This document shows positions 26,493-40,744 of a stretch of 64,000 bases of DNA, in pieces; the first letter of the stretch is position 1, and each line of letters opens with the position of its first letter. The DNA comes from Eledone cirrhosa (lineage: Eukaryota): positions 88,908,001 through 88,972,000 of the forward strand of contig OZ024746.1 in NCBI GenBank assembly GCA_964016885.1, written 5' to 3'. The notes beneath the pieces were generated by a model. That model saw only the letters and a list, made by a program, of their open reading frames with translations. It made no database searches and was not told where the DNA came from. Both the position numbers and the translations under genes were made by a program.

Positions 26493-27100
26493 ACTAGCAG
26501 TGGTACCCGGCGTTACACGGGATAAGTTATTTTGGAACGCGGGCCGCCAACAGAGCTAATCGTGGAAAAACTGCATGCCTGGACAATATATAAAGAAAAT
26601 AAACCGAATACTCTAATGGCTGGATAATCTTTAAGATTTTCCTCCATGAAGCAGGAAAAATGCAGGTTTTCCCCTAATGCGGCCCCTGGGGGGATCAAGA
26701 AAATGAATTTTGGTTATGTGCATAATATGCCTTGAAATTTCGGGATATTCGGCTGGACGTAACCCCTCCGAAAAGCCCTAAGAAGCTGAAAACATGAAGA
26801 TTTTCACCTAATGGGCCCTAGGCCATAAAGAAGTTGGATTTTTCTTTGCCTACTGTATGAAAAAGAGACTGACTAATAGATAGTTACAATTTTAAGGAAA
26901 TCGGTTTGGCGTAACCCTTCAAAAACACATAGAAACCTGAAACAATTCAGTTTTTCAACTAATGCGGGCCCTAGGAGATAAACAAATTGAATGTTTTATG
27001 TGCATAACACTCCCTGAAACATAAGTAACACACATGTAAAGTCTGAAAAAAATTGGTTGGGTACTTTTCGGGTTTTAGGGATTCAAACTCACAGACACAG

Positions 27101-27178
<78 letters not shown>

Positions 27179-27483
27179 CCATCCTCAGGGAAGTGACGTA
27201 ATGCAGACAGTCAGACATATCCACAGATATTATAAGGGCGCCACGTTATATGTATGTATCTATCTAAAAAGAGAAAGACTAAGAATTATAGAGCGAGATC
27301 GCTAAATCGCCCATGAGGTCCCTAGGGCATTGACAATTTGAAATTCCTTCTGCTTAGAACACTCCCTGAAACAGAAGTATTACATGTGTAAATTACAAAA
27401 CAGTCGATTTGGTGGTTCTCGATTTTTAGGAATTCGAACTCACACACCCACAGACAGACATCCCCAGTTTTATATATATAGAT
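26493..27483 (+). mobile_element. Helentron/HINE-like non-autonomous rolling-circle element
   Basis: 5' ACTAG..ACCCGGCGTTACACGGG hairpin, internal degenerate tandem units, ACAGACAGACA and 3' TTTTATATATATAGAT. Confidence 0.75.
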
Positions 27484-27489
27484 AAATAT

Positions 27490-28310
27490 TACCTTGGCCC
27501 ACCAGTCTCAACATAGTCCTCTCTATTTGATTTGATTTTGATTTCTGTAATGTATTCTACATCGATCCTCCTATCATAGTGTGTCCCACGGGGAGGTTTT
27601 AACGATAACATTCTTTAACAGCAATCACGTGGCTAACATGTTTGGCCTTGGTTTTGCATAGTCTATATTCATTGTCAATGGATGTCCTTCCTCTTCTTAA
27701 AGTAAGTGCAGTGTGTGGCTTACTATCCCTCGATTACATGGTGAAATCCATCAATGTGGCATGTTATGAGTTACTCAGTATTTTAGTATGGTTTTTCCAC
27801 TATGGTCTGTTGCTTCTCTCAAATATCCATGTAAAATCCTTTGGTGAATTATTTATTCATTTCATTTTGTTCGCGCCTTAGATCTTCAAATGTTCCTGCG
27901 AGAGAGACTGGTATCAGCTATTGTTTCATATATCACTTCTATTTCAATGTATATCCTTAAAATATGATTTTCATGAACAGGGCGAAATGTCTGCTGATTT
28001 TCTTTTCGCGTTGAATGTATTTCTTCAGTGTGAGTCGTGGCTCGTATAACGTTAATACGGATTATAGGCAACCGTCACCCCTCTCGCGATAGTAACATTG
28101 CCTATCCATATCATTATTCATGTTAGCAATTCCAGTAGCATTGAGCACCTTGCGAACATTTATACCCATCATACTCGCTCCTTGCATTAAGTAGTTCAGC
28201 AGGCCAAAAGTCGGCGTTTTGAATTGCTACAATACATGTAGTATGGACATTGTTCTTGTAAACGGAAAATTATGTTGACTAATGTTTTAGTCGCATACGA
28301 TATTCATTAC
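27490..28310 (-). pseudogene. Possible highly decayed Pif1/Helitron helicase remnant
   Basis: Only a weak TMQNQGQT resemblance to the SQGQT motif, next to the Helentron-like element. Confidence 0.25.
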
Positions 28311-30156
28311 TGGTCCACTCCGCATTTATAACTCCATACTATTTGACATTCTCATTCTGTTTAAATTATAGATACTTTTCGGACAGCTTATTTATGTAAA
28401 GAATATTGAGCATTCAACATGTAATTGTTTGATATGCGGCAATGTGGCAACGCATATTTTCTCTTAACTATGAGGTTAAACTAGATGATGTCTTCTCAAT
28501 ATATTTACAACCAGCTAACCAATTAAATGTGCTATATCATATTTTAACAGTGGCATTATTTGTCATAGTATATTTATTATATGAGTATATAAGTTACAAT
28601 TAAATAACAGACTATCCCTATCACCAGCCTTGTAAAATAAATTGACGACCGAAATGAAATTGTAGCAGGCATTGTGTAATATTGTTTTTCGTCAATGCAT
28701 ATTAATTCCAGCCTGTTAATTGAGGCTGGCTATATTAGATGTGTTACGATTTAAAAAATAGAGTAGATTGCTACCCTTCTAGATAATGTGAATGAATGTC
28801 AGATGAAAGCGGCATATAGGAACTGTGAAAATATATTTTCATGTTAGTATTCCTCGATTAGCATGATTTGTAGCTACATATTCACTAAAAGAAACATATA
28901 TGTGTGTACATGACGACCGACACAATGAATTACTTTTTCATGCATGTGTTATTAATAAGTATAGGAAAGAATAGTCAATAAACTTAAATGTTTCATGAGA
29001 TTAATCTATAGAAGAGAAAAGCAAACCGGAATAAGTAAGTAAATATTTAAATATTTTAGCACAATTTAGAAACTAAGGAGAAAAAAATTGATTCATTACA
29101 AGATAAAACGAAAACTATTTCATCATTCTAACTTTCAAGAAGTTAATTTGCTTTAGAAAAACATTTCATTCTCTAACTTGAATCTACCGTTTCTTCCCGT
29201 CTGTGTGATTATTTATCATCACTGCTTACACAGGTGTACTGTATGTTGCCGTCGGTAGACCTTTAGTTAATTTGATAATACAGATTAACTAGAAGATATG
29301 CGGAGCCTTGTCTGGCAAAAAGTGAAAAGAATACAAGATTGTTCTTCACTAATCTTGACTAGAGATCTCATAGCAGACAAAGTATTTAGCGCCAGTCTTC
29401 TAATGATTCAATTCTGCAGTCTTAAATAATTTATATGGAGACTTTCAATATCAAATATAAATACTGATATGTAGAATTCAACAACATGATCAAATGCCTG
29501 TCTAAACTGGTGAGACGTTTCAGTCATTAGCAAAATACTTAATCTGTGGCCCCTAACTAGATAATATTTTGCTGTAGTTGCATATAATAAATTATATAAA
29601 TGATTAAATAGATATAAGAGATTCGTCGACTGGATTCAAAGTATCAAATGTTGTTTTTTTTTCTTTATATATTAGCGATTTTCATTTAAACGTGTCATTC
29701 ACATTTTAATCATACATATCTTTCATTATATACAAATATCGGCAGTAATATTTAAAAAAAAAATATTATATTGACAATAATAAATTATATACATTTCCGT
29801 TACCGAAAGTAAAAACAAATAGCGATTGGATGACAAGAGAAAATATAATACATCATAAGGTTTGTAAAATAAATACTGGGAGAAAATTACTTATCAAAGT
29901 AGCCTTCAATACAGTGCCGACACAGTATCATGCCATATATCTATATATATAATATAGAACATGGTAAAAATACCGAATATCAAAGATCACCTACAAAAAT
30001 ATCACTTCACAGCTATGATATGCTTGAACGCAAACAGGAAATGCGATGCTTCACATAAAACACGCCGATTATTTTTTTCTTTTTAAATAGATAATTGATA
30101 TTTTATAATAAACTTGTTTCGTTCAAATGATACTACTCATCGGATCAAGAAAGTTC

Positions 30157-30214
<58 letters not shown>

Positions 30215-30841
30215 AAAACCTTAGCATGGTGCTTTCAGTCTGCCATTACGGAGTCGTACAGGCAATATGTTTTAATATATATTTTCGGGAGAGTCATGGA
30301 ACCAAAGCCCTCCTTTTTCCAGAAGTTCCTTTAAGAGGCTACCCAGTCTAGATCGTAAGTCTGGATTCACAAAGGTGCCCATTCGCGTTCAGGGGTGTTA
30401 TCTAAATATCTTCTACGTGGAATACTTCTAGTTGTAACGAATATATTTGTTCATAAACCCTGTCAAGGGATTCTTTTCTTACTTATTTTAACCACATGTA
30501 ATGAAACTGAGCCTTCGAATAGGAGAAGGAGCAGTTCTATCCGATGCGCTTCCCTGAGCTCCAGAGTATGTACGGTATCGAGAAAAAGTTATTCTAAAGA
30601 CGTTTAGGAAATATTCCATTTATTGTGATTCACTTTGTGATTGTGTTCTCTCTTTCAATACGCAAGATTTATTAGTTTAGGTATGGGTAGGCACAAACAT
30701 CTAAATTAATATATCTAGCTTTGCTTTCAGAGAAAGGTTATCAAGAGCAGAAAGATAAACATGCAGTATGGAATGTCTTGTCACGGTTGCAAGATCTCAA
30801 CTGTTGGGCACTAACTGCTTATTACTCACACACACACACAC

Positions 30842-30971
<130 letters not shown>

Positions 30972-31020
30972 ATTATAAAATAAGAGAAAATAATAGTCAC
31001 GGATGTATACCTATTTTTCT

Positions 31021-31061
<41 letters not shown>

Positions 31062-32279
31062 GGGGGGTATATGTGTGCGTGTGGCTGGGTGTGTGGGAGG
31101 GTGGATATGCGTGTGTGTGTGTTTGTGTGTCTGTGATTTTGTGTGTCTGTGTGGAGCGGGAAAGAGAGAGGGAATAACGAAATGTGAAGTATGGTGTAGA
31201 TGATTAAAACATGCATTATTAATATAGTAGTGAAACATATTTTAATGGCTCTCGTGGTTATATGATGGCTTAATTGTGATGTCATCTGACAGTATCTGAT
31301 GCAATACGGTTAAGTTATATTCATATCTATTATCCATAGATACGGCTAAAGAAATACAATTGGGAAAAGGCTCACTATATACTGACAATTTCTTGAACCT
31401 AGAACTGTTTCCACCAATTAAAAGGGAAACGGTTAGAGATATTGAGAGTGCTCTGCTAACAATAGATAACTTTCTCCCCAAAACTAATACATAAATGACG
31501 TTTGTTTATATGTCACATATTAAATCTATTATAGGATATAGAAAACAGATGAAACAGAAAATGAGGGTGTACACAGTGAAATACTCGATATGAAATAAAT
31601 TCAAAATCTCTCCCATATAAATTATTTAGAAAAAATATGAATAATCGAAAGCGTAAAACATTTTTGGAAAGATCTGTATTTAAGTCCTCAAATTTTAAAC
31701 TTCCACTTTCTGAATCAGATCTGTCAACATTCCAAATATATCAGGCACTGAGCTATGTTAATACAAATATGTTATACTTAATTATAACTGAACATATATC
31801 ATTGAATTACATTTTATCACGAGTGGGTTGTAGAGAATAACATCTATATTCTTGTGGTTAATGCACTGATAAACCTTGGCACTATTTGTTCCAAGGTAAA
31901 AACTGCGTGTGTGTTAGAGAGGACAGCTGGACGCCAATCATTGAAAAAATATCAAGACTGGAGAAAAATATATGTGAAAGTTCCATCAACAATTATGAAA
32001 ATCTTTGAATAACATACATGGAGAGCACGAACAGATTCAGCAACGGTATCTCAATCTGCTTTCCCGCTTTCCCTGCTTGGCATTTGCTTTGTTTTTCACG
32101 GTTATTTTGCTTCCATTTGACATTCTGAATTTAATTTATTTTATTTTATTTTTAAATTGTATTTTGGTTTTTTTTACTTTCCATATTCCATATTCTCTGT
32201 CTCTCTTCATTTTGTTTCTCACCAGTAAGGCGTACTTCATACTCTCGTATGACTGTCATGGATTCAAAATACAACCTCT

Positions 32280-32520
32280 GTCTATCCATCTAGGGCGGGT
32301 AAAATTCCCGAGATCCATGGGCGAGTTCTCTACAGCGGTCTCTGTCACTCATTATCGCTGCCATGTCCTGCGTCCCCAACAGACCAGTGTCTGTTCTTAG
32401 GGCATCAACATATGTTAACCGCGCTCTCCCTCTTCCAGTGTGTCCATGGAAGGTGCAGTATGTTTTATGGTAAATATCTAACTCCATACCATTAGGCATG
32501 AAGAGGCACATATATCCTAC
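32280..32520 (-). mobile_element. RTE/RTE-X LINE 3' end fragment
   Basis: GRGRARLTYVDALRTDTGL..MSDRDRCR matches the RGRP..TY.D.L..DTG..M.DR..WR C-terminus. Confidence 0.8.
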
Positions 32521-32819
32521 AGACCTACTTCAGAAAAGCACAAACAAAAGTGTAAATATATGTATATATACTTTCAAGTCTTTAGCAAATTATTATTTTG
32601 ATATTTTACATATTCAAATCAAATATTAGTATTGAATTTAGAACTTAAATTTCAGCACGGACTAAGAACTAAGTTTAGTTTTTATAAAACACCGAATTAT
32701 GAAAACATTCAATTCTGCTAATTTTCCACTTTATATATGTTTGTGTGTGGTCTGTGTGTGTGTGCGTGTCCGTGTGTGTGCGGGTGTGTATGTGTATATA
32801 TATATATATACATATATAT

Positions 32820-32925
32820 TAATAATAATAAATTTGAAGACTAAAATCCAAAGCGCGCTCGATAAGGATAAATATATATCAAATATATAAGAACCCTAGA
32901 GCAAATATTTATTAAAACTATTAAT
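32820..32925. mobile_element. Family E short element in (TA)n (copies 37629-37822, 59768-59856, 62123-62275)
   Basis: Shared ATAATAATAAATTTGAAGACTAAAATCCAAAG..ATAAGAACCCTAGAG and/or GATCCCGTTAAGGGTGAAAG segments. Confidence 0.75.
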
Positions 32926-33061
32926 ATATATATATAATATATATATATAATATCTATATATATAATATATATATAAAATATATAAAATATATAAATATAT
33001 ATATAATTTATATAAAATATATAATATATATATATATAATATATATATATAATATATATAT

Positions 33062-33115
<54 letters not shown>

Positions 33116-33157
33116 CATGGCTCTGTCTAGTTTATGTATATGTAAACCTATATATTT

Positions 33158-33188
<31 letters not shown>

Positions 33189-33371
33189 CATACGTATACA
33201 CATACACACGCATACATGCACATAAATATACACAATATAAGGAAGAGGACAAAACACATGTACATACACACACACACGTATAGATACGCATACATGCATA
33301 TATATATATATGTGTGTGTGTGTGTTTGTGTGTGTTTGTGTGGGTGTGTGTTTGTGTGTGTGTGTCTGTGT

Positions 33372-35110
33372 GTGTGTACATCCATACGTACCCACACGTA
33401 CGTGCACACACACGTATACGCATGCATACATATGCATGTATCGGTATAGACATACTTAAGACAAACAATAATACCAACTTCCTCGATATAAATCTTTTAA
33501 AACCTATCATAAACCCAATGAAAATATAAGATATATGCAAAAAGAGTCTTGCCGTCCCACTATAGTCTTTAAAAATCTTATTGCTAACATTAGTCGTAGG
33601 ATCTGTACCTCATCTTCGTCTATAGATATGTTTAATAGAGCTGTCCCTTATTATAATAAGACCGTCAAAAACAACGGCTTCACCGAACAAATAAAATATT
33701 TACGTAGTACTCTTTCTAACATTAAAAGACATTAACAGGAAAAGAAAGATTATATGGTTTACACCTCCTTTCATTCTAACAGTTAAAACCAATGTAGGAA
33801 GAAAACTCCTCGAACTCATAGACAAACATTTTCCCAAAAATCATAGAGATAATAACATATTTAATAGAAATTTAGTTAAAATCAGCTACCCTTGCTACCC
33901 ATCATTGGAAACCAAAATCACCAACTCAAATGTAACTAGAGGAAACCCAGGATGCAGCTGCAGGAAACCTGAATAATGCCATTTACAGAGCAAATGTAAT
34001 ACCAAATCGATTGTATATGAGGTCAACTTGACACCGATCATAAATAACCAGGTAGCCAGAAGTGAGCGATATCTTGGCAAGACACAGGGAAAATGTAAAA
34101 CTAGGTATTATGCACACGTCGCTTCATGCAAATATCCTGAAAGAAGAACATCCACGGCGCTGGCAAATAAAGTGTGGGAGTTTAAAGACAGAAACATTCC
34201 ATACTCTATTGATTGGTCAATTTTACACCACTGAAACGAATATCAAAGGGGCACAAAGAAATGTTCTTTGTGTATAACGGAACAATTTAGAATTCTCCAA
34301 AATCTGAAACCCCTCCCACTTGACTCAACTCTAAAACTGAGATCTGTAGAAGTTGTCCGCACCTGAAATCGCATCTTCTTTTTAGCTGGATTAATATACC
34401 AACAATCACTCAACTACCCTGAGCTCCCTCTTTACATATTAACCCTCCTATTCACTACCAATATCATCACTTTACGAACACCATACCTTACCCAGTTCAT
34501 CATATAAACACATACCTTCTACCAATATATGCACTTTTCCCTCATGTTTATTTATTTATTCCATTTGATTTATACCCCCCCCCCCATTTTGTTCTGCCAT
34601 ACTTTTAACACATACACACCCACCACCTTCATTCTGTCCTCTTATGATAACCCCCCCCTTTACACAGATCACTTTATAACCACATACCTTTAACCAGATC
34701 TATTTACAAACATTTACTTTCCAACACAACTCATAATTTATACCCCTTTTTTCTCCCTCACCTGTTCATTTTATATTATATTATTTTAGTTATACTCCAC
34801 CATGTGCTTACTCACCCACCCTGTTTTAAGTATTTATACGTTTTTATTTTTATATAATTTTTATAATTGAGTGTTTTTTCTCACTTAGTTCCATTATATT
34901 GTTTGTCTTAAGTATGTCTATACCTATACATACATATGTATGCATGCGTATACGTGTGGGTACATATGGATGTACACACAATGTCCCTCTGCTTTCAGGT
35001 TCAGTTGTTTGTATTTGGGATCGTATTCCTTCTGAAAGTACCCATGAGTCATGATTTTATATGGAGGTAGTTTGATTTTTCACCCATCGACTTTCCTTTT
35101 TTCTAATCAA
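33372..35110 (+). mobile_element. Penelope-like element, Naiad-type, 5'-truncated, with an inverted 3'-derived arm
   Basis: NFLDINL, LIANISRRI, KRKIIWFTPPF, IDKHFP, GCSCRKPE*CHLQSKC, IVYEV..YLGKTQGKCKTRYYAH, IDWSIL, CSLCITE, CPH. 33372-33472 is the reverse complement of 34898-34980. Confidence 0.92.
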
Positions 35111-35153
35111 CGATTGCAGAATTTGGCATATTATTGCATAACCCCCAGAAATT

Positions 35154-35325
35154 AATTGTTTCTACTTTTGGCACAAGGCCAGCAATATCCAGTACATTAC
35201 TGATACCTTATTTTATCGACCCCGAAAGGCAAAGTTAACCTCGGTGGGATTTGAACTCATATCGTAAATGGACGTAACTCTATGTCGGAGAGCATGTCCG
35301 ACCCTGTACCGATACTGCCAACTCA
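35154..35325 (-). mobile_element. tRNA-derived Nin-domain-like SINE with a 14-bp TSD
   Basis: Family sequence on the minus strand. TSD CCCCAGAAATTAAT at 35143 and 35326. Confidence 0.92.
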
Positions 35326-35749
35326 CCCCAGAAATTAATGCATTCTAATCAGTACCCTTAAAAGCAGCACAGAGACACTTGAATATCTCCAGCAACTTCA
35401 GTTTATCTCCGCTCATGTAGAGCGCACTGGACAGGCATTCTCAAGAGAACGAAAGTCTAAGTCTACGCTGCTCTGATGTTCCTTTCCATCGGCCAGCCGT
35501 CAGCATCAAACATATACAATGCAAGCTGTATAACACTCTAAAATATGTTAAATAGCCCAATGCTCTCTACAAATATCAGCTGACTGATTCATCATTCGTA
35601 GCTTTCGATACATTTTCAAACTCGGCTGCGTATGTTTATCCTGTTTCTGAAGTTGATGCTCGCTGAGGTGACAATACGCACAGTTTCTGGAGTCAGACAC
35701 TTAGAGTGAATGGCTTGATGTCAGCATTATTTATATAAAAAGGGCGGGG

Positions 35750-35930
35750 GATTGGCAGTATCGGTAGAGGGTCGGACGCCATGCTTTGCAGCATAGAGTT
35801 ATGACCCTTTGCAGTCTGAGTTCAAATCCCGCCGAGGTTACTTTGCCTTTCATCCTTACAGGGTCGTTAAAATAAAGTACCAATAATTCGCTGTCATAAT
35901 TGCTGACCTTGAGTCAAAAGTAGAAACAAT
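35750..35930 (+). mobile_element. tRNA-derived SINE (same family)
   Basis: A-box TGGCAGTATCGG, B-box GAGTTCAAATCCC, GCCTTTCATCC..GGGTCG, tail AAAGTAGAAACAATT. Confidence 0.92.
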
Positions 35931-37815
35931 TATTTATACGAAAATTGTAAAGTGCGATATTCGTATAGGGTATTCATGGCAACAATTATTTGTCACACGA
36001 TCTCCGTCCGTTTTCTCGCAGGACAATTCACAACAATGTTATTCTAATTTAAATTTACCAATAATGGATCGCGTTCTAAGAAGGAATACACTCACTTATG
36101 GTCTCAGGATCATAGACACACTAGAGTCCTAACATCTCAGTAACTGCACATTAAATCATATAAATATAGGCCGGGTGTTAATACTTCTTAAGATTATTAT
36201 GAACATGCAAAACATAATTGCCAGTATTAATGCCTTCTCGAGCGGAACACGGTTTGCCACGTGTTAATCTTCTACCTCTGTGGCAATGTATTAAACTAAT
36301 TATTAAAACCGCTGCATATCTGTTGAAAGCTTCCCTATTGTTTTGAATGTATTTGATTATTTAAACAAATGAGATGTATAATGTTTGAATGATACAGAAA
36401 GAAACCTGTTTAGAATTGAAGAAATATATGTTTATGTGCTGTAGTTTACAATAGTTTTGAGTTTGAATAAGAAATGTTACATACGTAGATATATAGAAGT
36501 ATATATAGATAGACGGATAGATAGTAAGACCAACAAACATGTATATAGATAAGTAGATAGAGGATAGGTAGATAGGTATATCAATAGATAAGGATATATA
36601 TAGGTAGATAGATACGGATAGAGAGTTAGGTAGATAGAAAGAGAGGAATTTCAACGGATACTGAGATATAGATCGAAAGATATGTTACAATACTGTATGC
36701 ATAACAATATGCGAGCAAAGAACAATGTTATGCCAGCAGGTGACAGTATGTCTACATTAAACTTTCAGAGACTAGGACAGCTAAAATGTCTGGTAATGTA
36801 AATGAAAGCTGTACGTTGACTATTGATAAATAGATTGAATCAAATGAATAATTAGCTGATAAACAAACAAGTTTACACACACGCTGAGGTATCATACGGA
36901 CAATGTTAAAATAAAAAGGAGAATTACACAATAGTGTGTCTCCTCATTAGATTTGTTGGCTTCGGGAAATGCGTGCACGTGATACATGGCCATATACAAC
37001 TTGAATTATTTAAGACGACTACCAGCATGGTTGCAGCCAAATAACTTGAGCCGACGAAACTTATTCAATATTCAATTAATAAAGTGTACATTCTGCACAA
37101 ACATCATTACCAGTGATTTCATCCCATTACATGATACAATTTTTATTTTTATTATATCATGGTTTGGAAAATTAAGTGTGATAATTAAAAGGTCTTGTAC
37201 TGTTTGTCGATTATCAAAAGGTATCTTCGACAGATGTCATTTTTTTAAAGTGGGAATGCGGGGCTACACAAAGTATATTTTAAAAGGAAATCCATTATAA
37301 GCTTTCCTGAAGTATATGACCTACATAATAATGGGTATCACCACAACACCACAATACTTAGCAGCACAAAATAGCAAACCGTTTTAACAAAACATCTCAA
37401 ACCTATCCGAAAATTAATCCAAACCGCTACGAAAACACCCAACACCACTCACACGACACATGTACAGAAAGCACAGGTATGGAATATTTAGAACAACTAC
37501 ATAAACGCTGTCACACACACAGACGCACACACACTTATACACACACATAGACACACGCACACTCACACACACGAACCCCCCCACACACACACACACACAA
37601 ACACACATATATATATATATATATAGTTATAATAATAAATGTGAGGGCTAAAATTCAAAGGCTCAATAAGGATGAATATATATCAGATATATAAGAACCA
37701 TAGAGCACATATTTATTAAAATATCAACTTAAAGTTTAAGCAAAGAATCGCTGCTTTCACCCTTAACGGGATCTTCTGAAACTCAGCGGTTCTTTGCTTA
37801 AACTTTAATCTGTTA

Positions 37816-37864
<49 letters not shown>

Positions 37865-37880
37865 CGGCGATGAATTAGTT

Positions 37881-38840
37881 TTGCGAGGCTTCCCTTCCAA
37901 ACACCCTAACAATAGACTACCTGTATTAGACACGGAACTCTGGATTAACACTATAGACGAGAGAGCCCAAATTCTCCACTCACACTATGCTAAACCCATG
38001 GCCTCCAAATACCTGATACTCAAAAACTCACCAATGTCCAGTAGTGCTAAGTTTAATATTCTGATCGCAGATTTGGTACGAGTGATGAGGAATGTGTCCC
38101 GCATGTGCGACCCAACAGAAATGGAAAGACACATCCAACACTTCATCAACCGCATGCAGTTCTCTGGCTACAACCAAAGAGACAGTGTCAGAGTATACGA
38201 AGGAGCCATGGAGAAGTATAAGACCCTCATAGAACTGGACAAGAAAGGAATTTGCCCATTATACAGGAGCAAATCACGGAATAGCTTAGATAGGGCTAGA
38301 CATAAGATACGGAAAGCCACCTCATGGTACGACAACCAGAGATACGAGAGTGTCATGTTTGTGGACGCTACCCCTGGAGGGAAATTAGCTAATCAGTGTA
38401 GAAAGGCCCTGAGAAAGACCCACTTAAAAATAAAGGTGGTAGAAAAGCCAGGAACCACCATAAAATCCCTGATCAGCAAAACCTACCCTTTTAAGAAAAC
38501 CCACTGTACCAATAGGAAATGTATCATATGTAAGGTGAACCCCCGGATAAACTGTAAAACTAGAAACGTAGTCTATAGCATAAGATGTACAGAGGGTACT
38601 TGCAGAAACATGACAACAACATACATAGGTGAGACAGCTCGTAGCATAGGTGAAAGGATAGAGCAACACTGGGGGGAAGTAAAAGGACGAAAAAACGGGT
38701 CAGTACTATATGAACATGCTAGACAACAACATGACGGTAACATAGACAGCATAGAAATTAGAAGACCAAGGCAAAACAGAAAGAATGAATGGAATAACAA
38801 CAACACCCAAACAAACAACACCGACCTAAGAGAAGTATAA
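37881..38840 (+). CDS. PLE RT thumb + CCCC linker + GIY-YIG endonuclease fragment (no RT catalytic core)
   Basis: RLPVLDTELW, HYAKPMAS, RMQFSGY, FVDATPGGKLA, CTNRKCIICK..CKTRNVVYSIRC..C..YIGETARSIGERIEQH. Open for 319 codons; similarity is lost after about 38760. Confidence 0.85.
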   Translation: MRGFPSKHPNNRLPVLDTELWINTIDERAQILHSHYAKPMASKYLILKNSPMSSSAKFNILIADLVRVMRNVSRMCDPTEMERHIQHFINRMQFSGYNQRDSVRVYEGAMEKYKTLIELDKKGICPLYRSKSRNSLDRARHKIRKATSWYDNQRYESVMFVDATPGGKLANQCRKALRKTHLKIKVVEKPGTTIKSLISKTYPFKKTHCTNRKCIICKVNPRINCKTRNVVYSIRCTEGTCRNMTTTYIGETARSIGERIEQHWGEVKGRKNGSVLYEHARQQHDGNIDSIEIRRPRQNRKNEWNNNNTQTNNTDLREV

Positions 38841-39074
38841 ATAAGTAAATAAAAGGAAATAAATAAATAAATAAATACATACACAAGCACAATAACAACA
38901 AGCACATAAACACACACTAGTCACCCATCACACAGCAAACAAAACACTATACACACACGCAAACGCATGCGCAAAGAAGACAAAATAAAATAAACAAACA
39001 AGCAAATAAATAAATAAATATATAGACAGACTGAATAAAAATGGCGTAGACATAGAATACAACAGGAGGAAAAT

Positions 39075-39130
39075 ATAGCACCCCTGACGATGTTGCAGAT
39101 GTACAACGAAAGATTTATGATAAACTATAT
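39075..39130 (+). ncRNA. Decayed hammerhead in the Neptune pLTR
   Basis: CTGACGA (39084-39090) T GTTG..CAAC GAAA GATT TA. Stem I no longer pairs. Confidence 0.5.
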
Positions 39131-39317
39131 ATATGTGTTTGTGTCTATATTGTATCTGTATTATTTTTGACCGTCGGTCAGTCAATGGCAACATTGAGGA
39201 CCGAGTAAGTTAGATTACCGATATAAAAGACAGCGAGAAGCGAAAACCAACCAAACAGTGAGTGTGTTCTGTTATTAATTCTGGTAATATTACACAAATA
39301 TGACTCTCCCCAAGTAT

Positions 39318-39364
<47 letters not shown>

Positions 39365-39596
39365 TTACATATATACAAATATACAAATATACATAGGGAT
39401 CGTCTATTGCCTCAATAGTTACAGGACATACTTGCCCCCCCCCCCCTTCTCTTCTGTCTCGCTATGGGCTATCATCCATCCTTTAATCTTAGCAACACCC
39501 CCTTCACATCACCACATTCTCACCAACCTCTCTACTATTGAGATGACAGACACCTTCCCGATCCCGACCTTTCTTATCCACCACCATTATTTCGGA

Positions 39597-39900
39597 TTGG
39601 CAGTCAAATCCCGCCGAGGTTAACTTTGCCTTATATCCTTACGGGGTCGATAAAATAAAGTACCAGTAATGCACTGGGATAATTGCTGGCCTTGTGCCTA
39701 AAGTAGAAACAATTATTTCGGATTGGCAGTATCAGTAGAGGGTCGGACGCAATGTTTTCCAGCATAGTTACGTCCCTTTACGATCTGAGTTCAAATCCCG
39801 CCGAGGTTGACTTTGCCTTTAATCCTTACGGGGTCGATAAAATAAAGTACAAGTAATGCTCTGGGTAATTGCTGGCCTTGTGCCTAAAGTAGAAACAATT
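39597..39900 (+). mobile_element. Tandem pair of tRNA-derived SINEs (first copy internally deleted)
   Basis: Two head-to-tail family copies separated by ATTATTTC. Confidence 0.92.
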
Positions 39901-40208
39901 ATTTCATCTTCTCAATCGCTTTTTTACTTCTACATATTTCTAACCCCTTACCTGCGTCTTCACATATTCTTCTTCCTAAAACAATAAATCAAAACAAAGA
40001 ACAACTGACTACCCAAAATAAATGAGAACGGATATATTGTTTAAAGCTGTATGCGAATGATTCCTTTATTAAGCAAACACAGGGCTGATGAGTTTTTATT
40101 CCACTTTCTAACCCAATCGATAGAGACAGAAACTTGGGTTGATCATCGCGAAATTAGGGGTCACACCTGAATAAACTTAATGTAAATTCGACACCTCGTT
40201 CATACTCA

Positions 40209-40363
40209 TTGGTACTATTGGTATAGGCTCGGACGCCATGCTTTGCAGCATAGAGTTTACGGTCTGAGTACAAATTGCCTTTCATCCTTACGGAATCAAT
40301 ATAATAAAGTACCAGTAATGCACTGTTATAGTTACTGGCCCTATGCCAAAAGTAGAAACAATT
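40209..40363 (+). mobile_element. tRNA-derived SINE with deletions
   Basis: Family body and tail present. Confidence 0.85.
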
Positions 40364-40540
40364 ATGACTATATATATTAAAATTCCGTTTGTATGATCAA
40401 TTAAATTGAGTGTTCAACAAGACTTATATTTATTACATATGATGAAACATGTAAGGGTTACGCAATAAAAGCTATTCACACTAATTTTGGTTAAGGTGTT
40501 TATAATAATATTTTTTGTCATTTTCTATATGTATTTAAAC

Positions 40541-40610
40541 CAGGTGGACTATGTAGCTGTCGAAACGGCCGGGGCTCAGCCGTTGGAGTCCTGACTTGTT
40601 TCAGTTATAT
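40541..40610 (+). mobile_element. Family B fragment
   Basis: AGCTGTCGAAACGGCCGGGGCTCAGCCGTTGG, followed by (TA)n. Confidence 0.75.
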
Positions 40611-40632
40611 ATATATAGTTATATATATAGTT

Positions 40633-40744
<112 letters not shown>

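Larger units (their letters stand above)
37864..39322 (+). mobile_element. Penelope-like element, Neptune-type, 5'-truncated, inserted in (TA)n
   Basis: An ORF with thumb, Zn-linker and GIY-YIG, followed by a pLTR shared with 17875-18155. (TA)n lies on both sides. Confidence 0.9.

Noticed and set aside
30240-30610. Possible decayed PLE RT on the minus strand
   Set aside because: Only faint peptide resemblance (YLDNT..TYD), too weak to call.
35750-35835. tRNA genes suggested by A and B boxes
   Set aside because: These are SINE heads with no cloverleaf, followed by the SINE body and tail.
40081-40145. CTGATGA-stem-GAAA
   Set aside because: Stem II pairs, but there is an extra base before GAAA and no stem I/III in either type I or type III topology.
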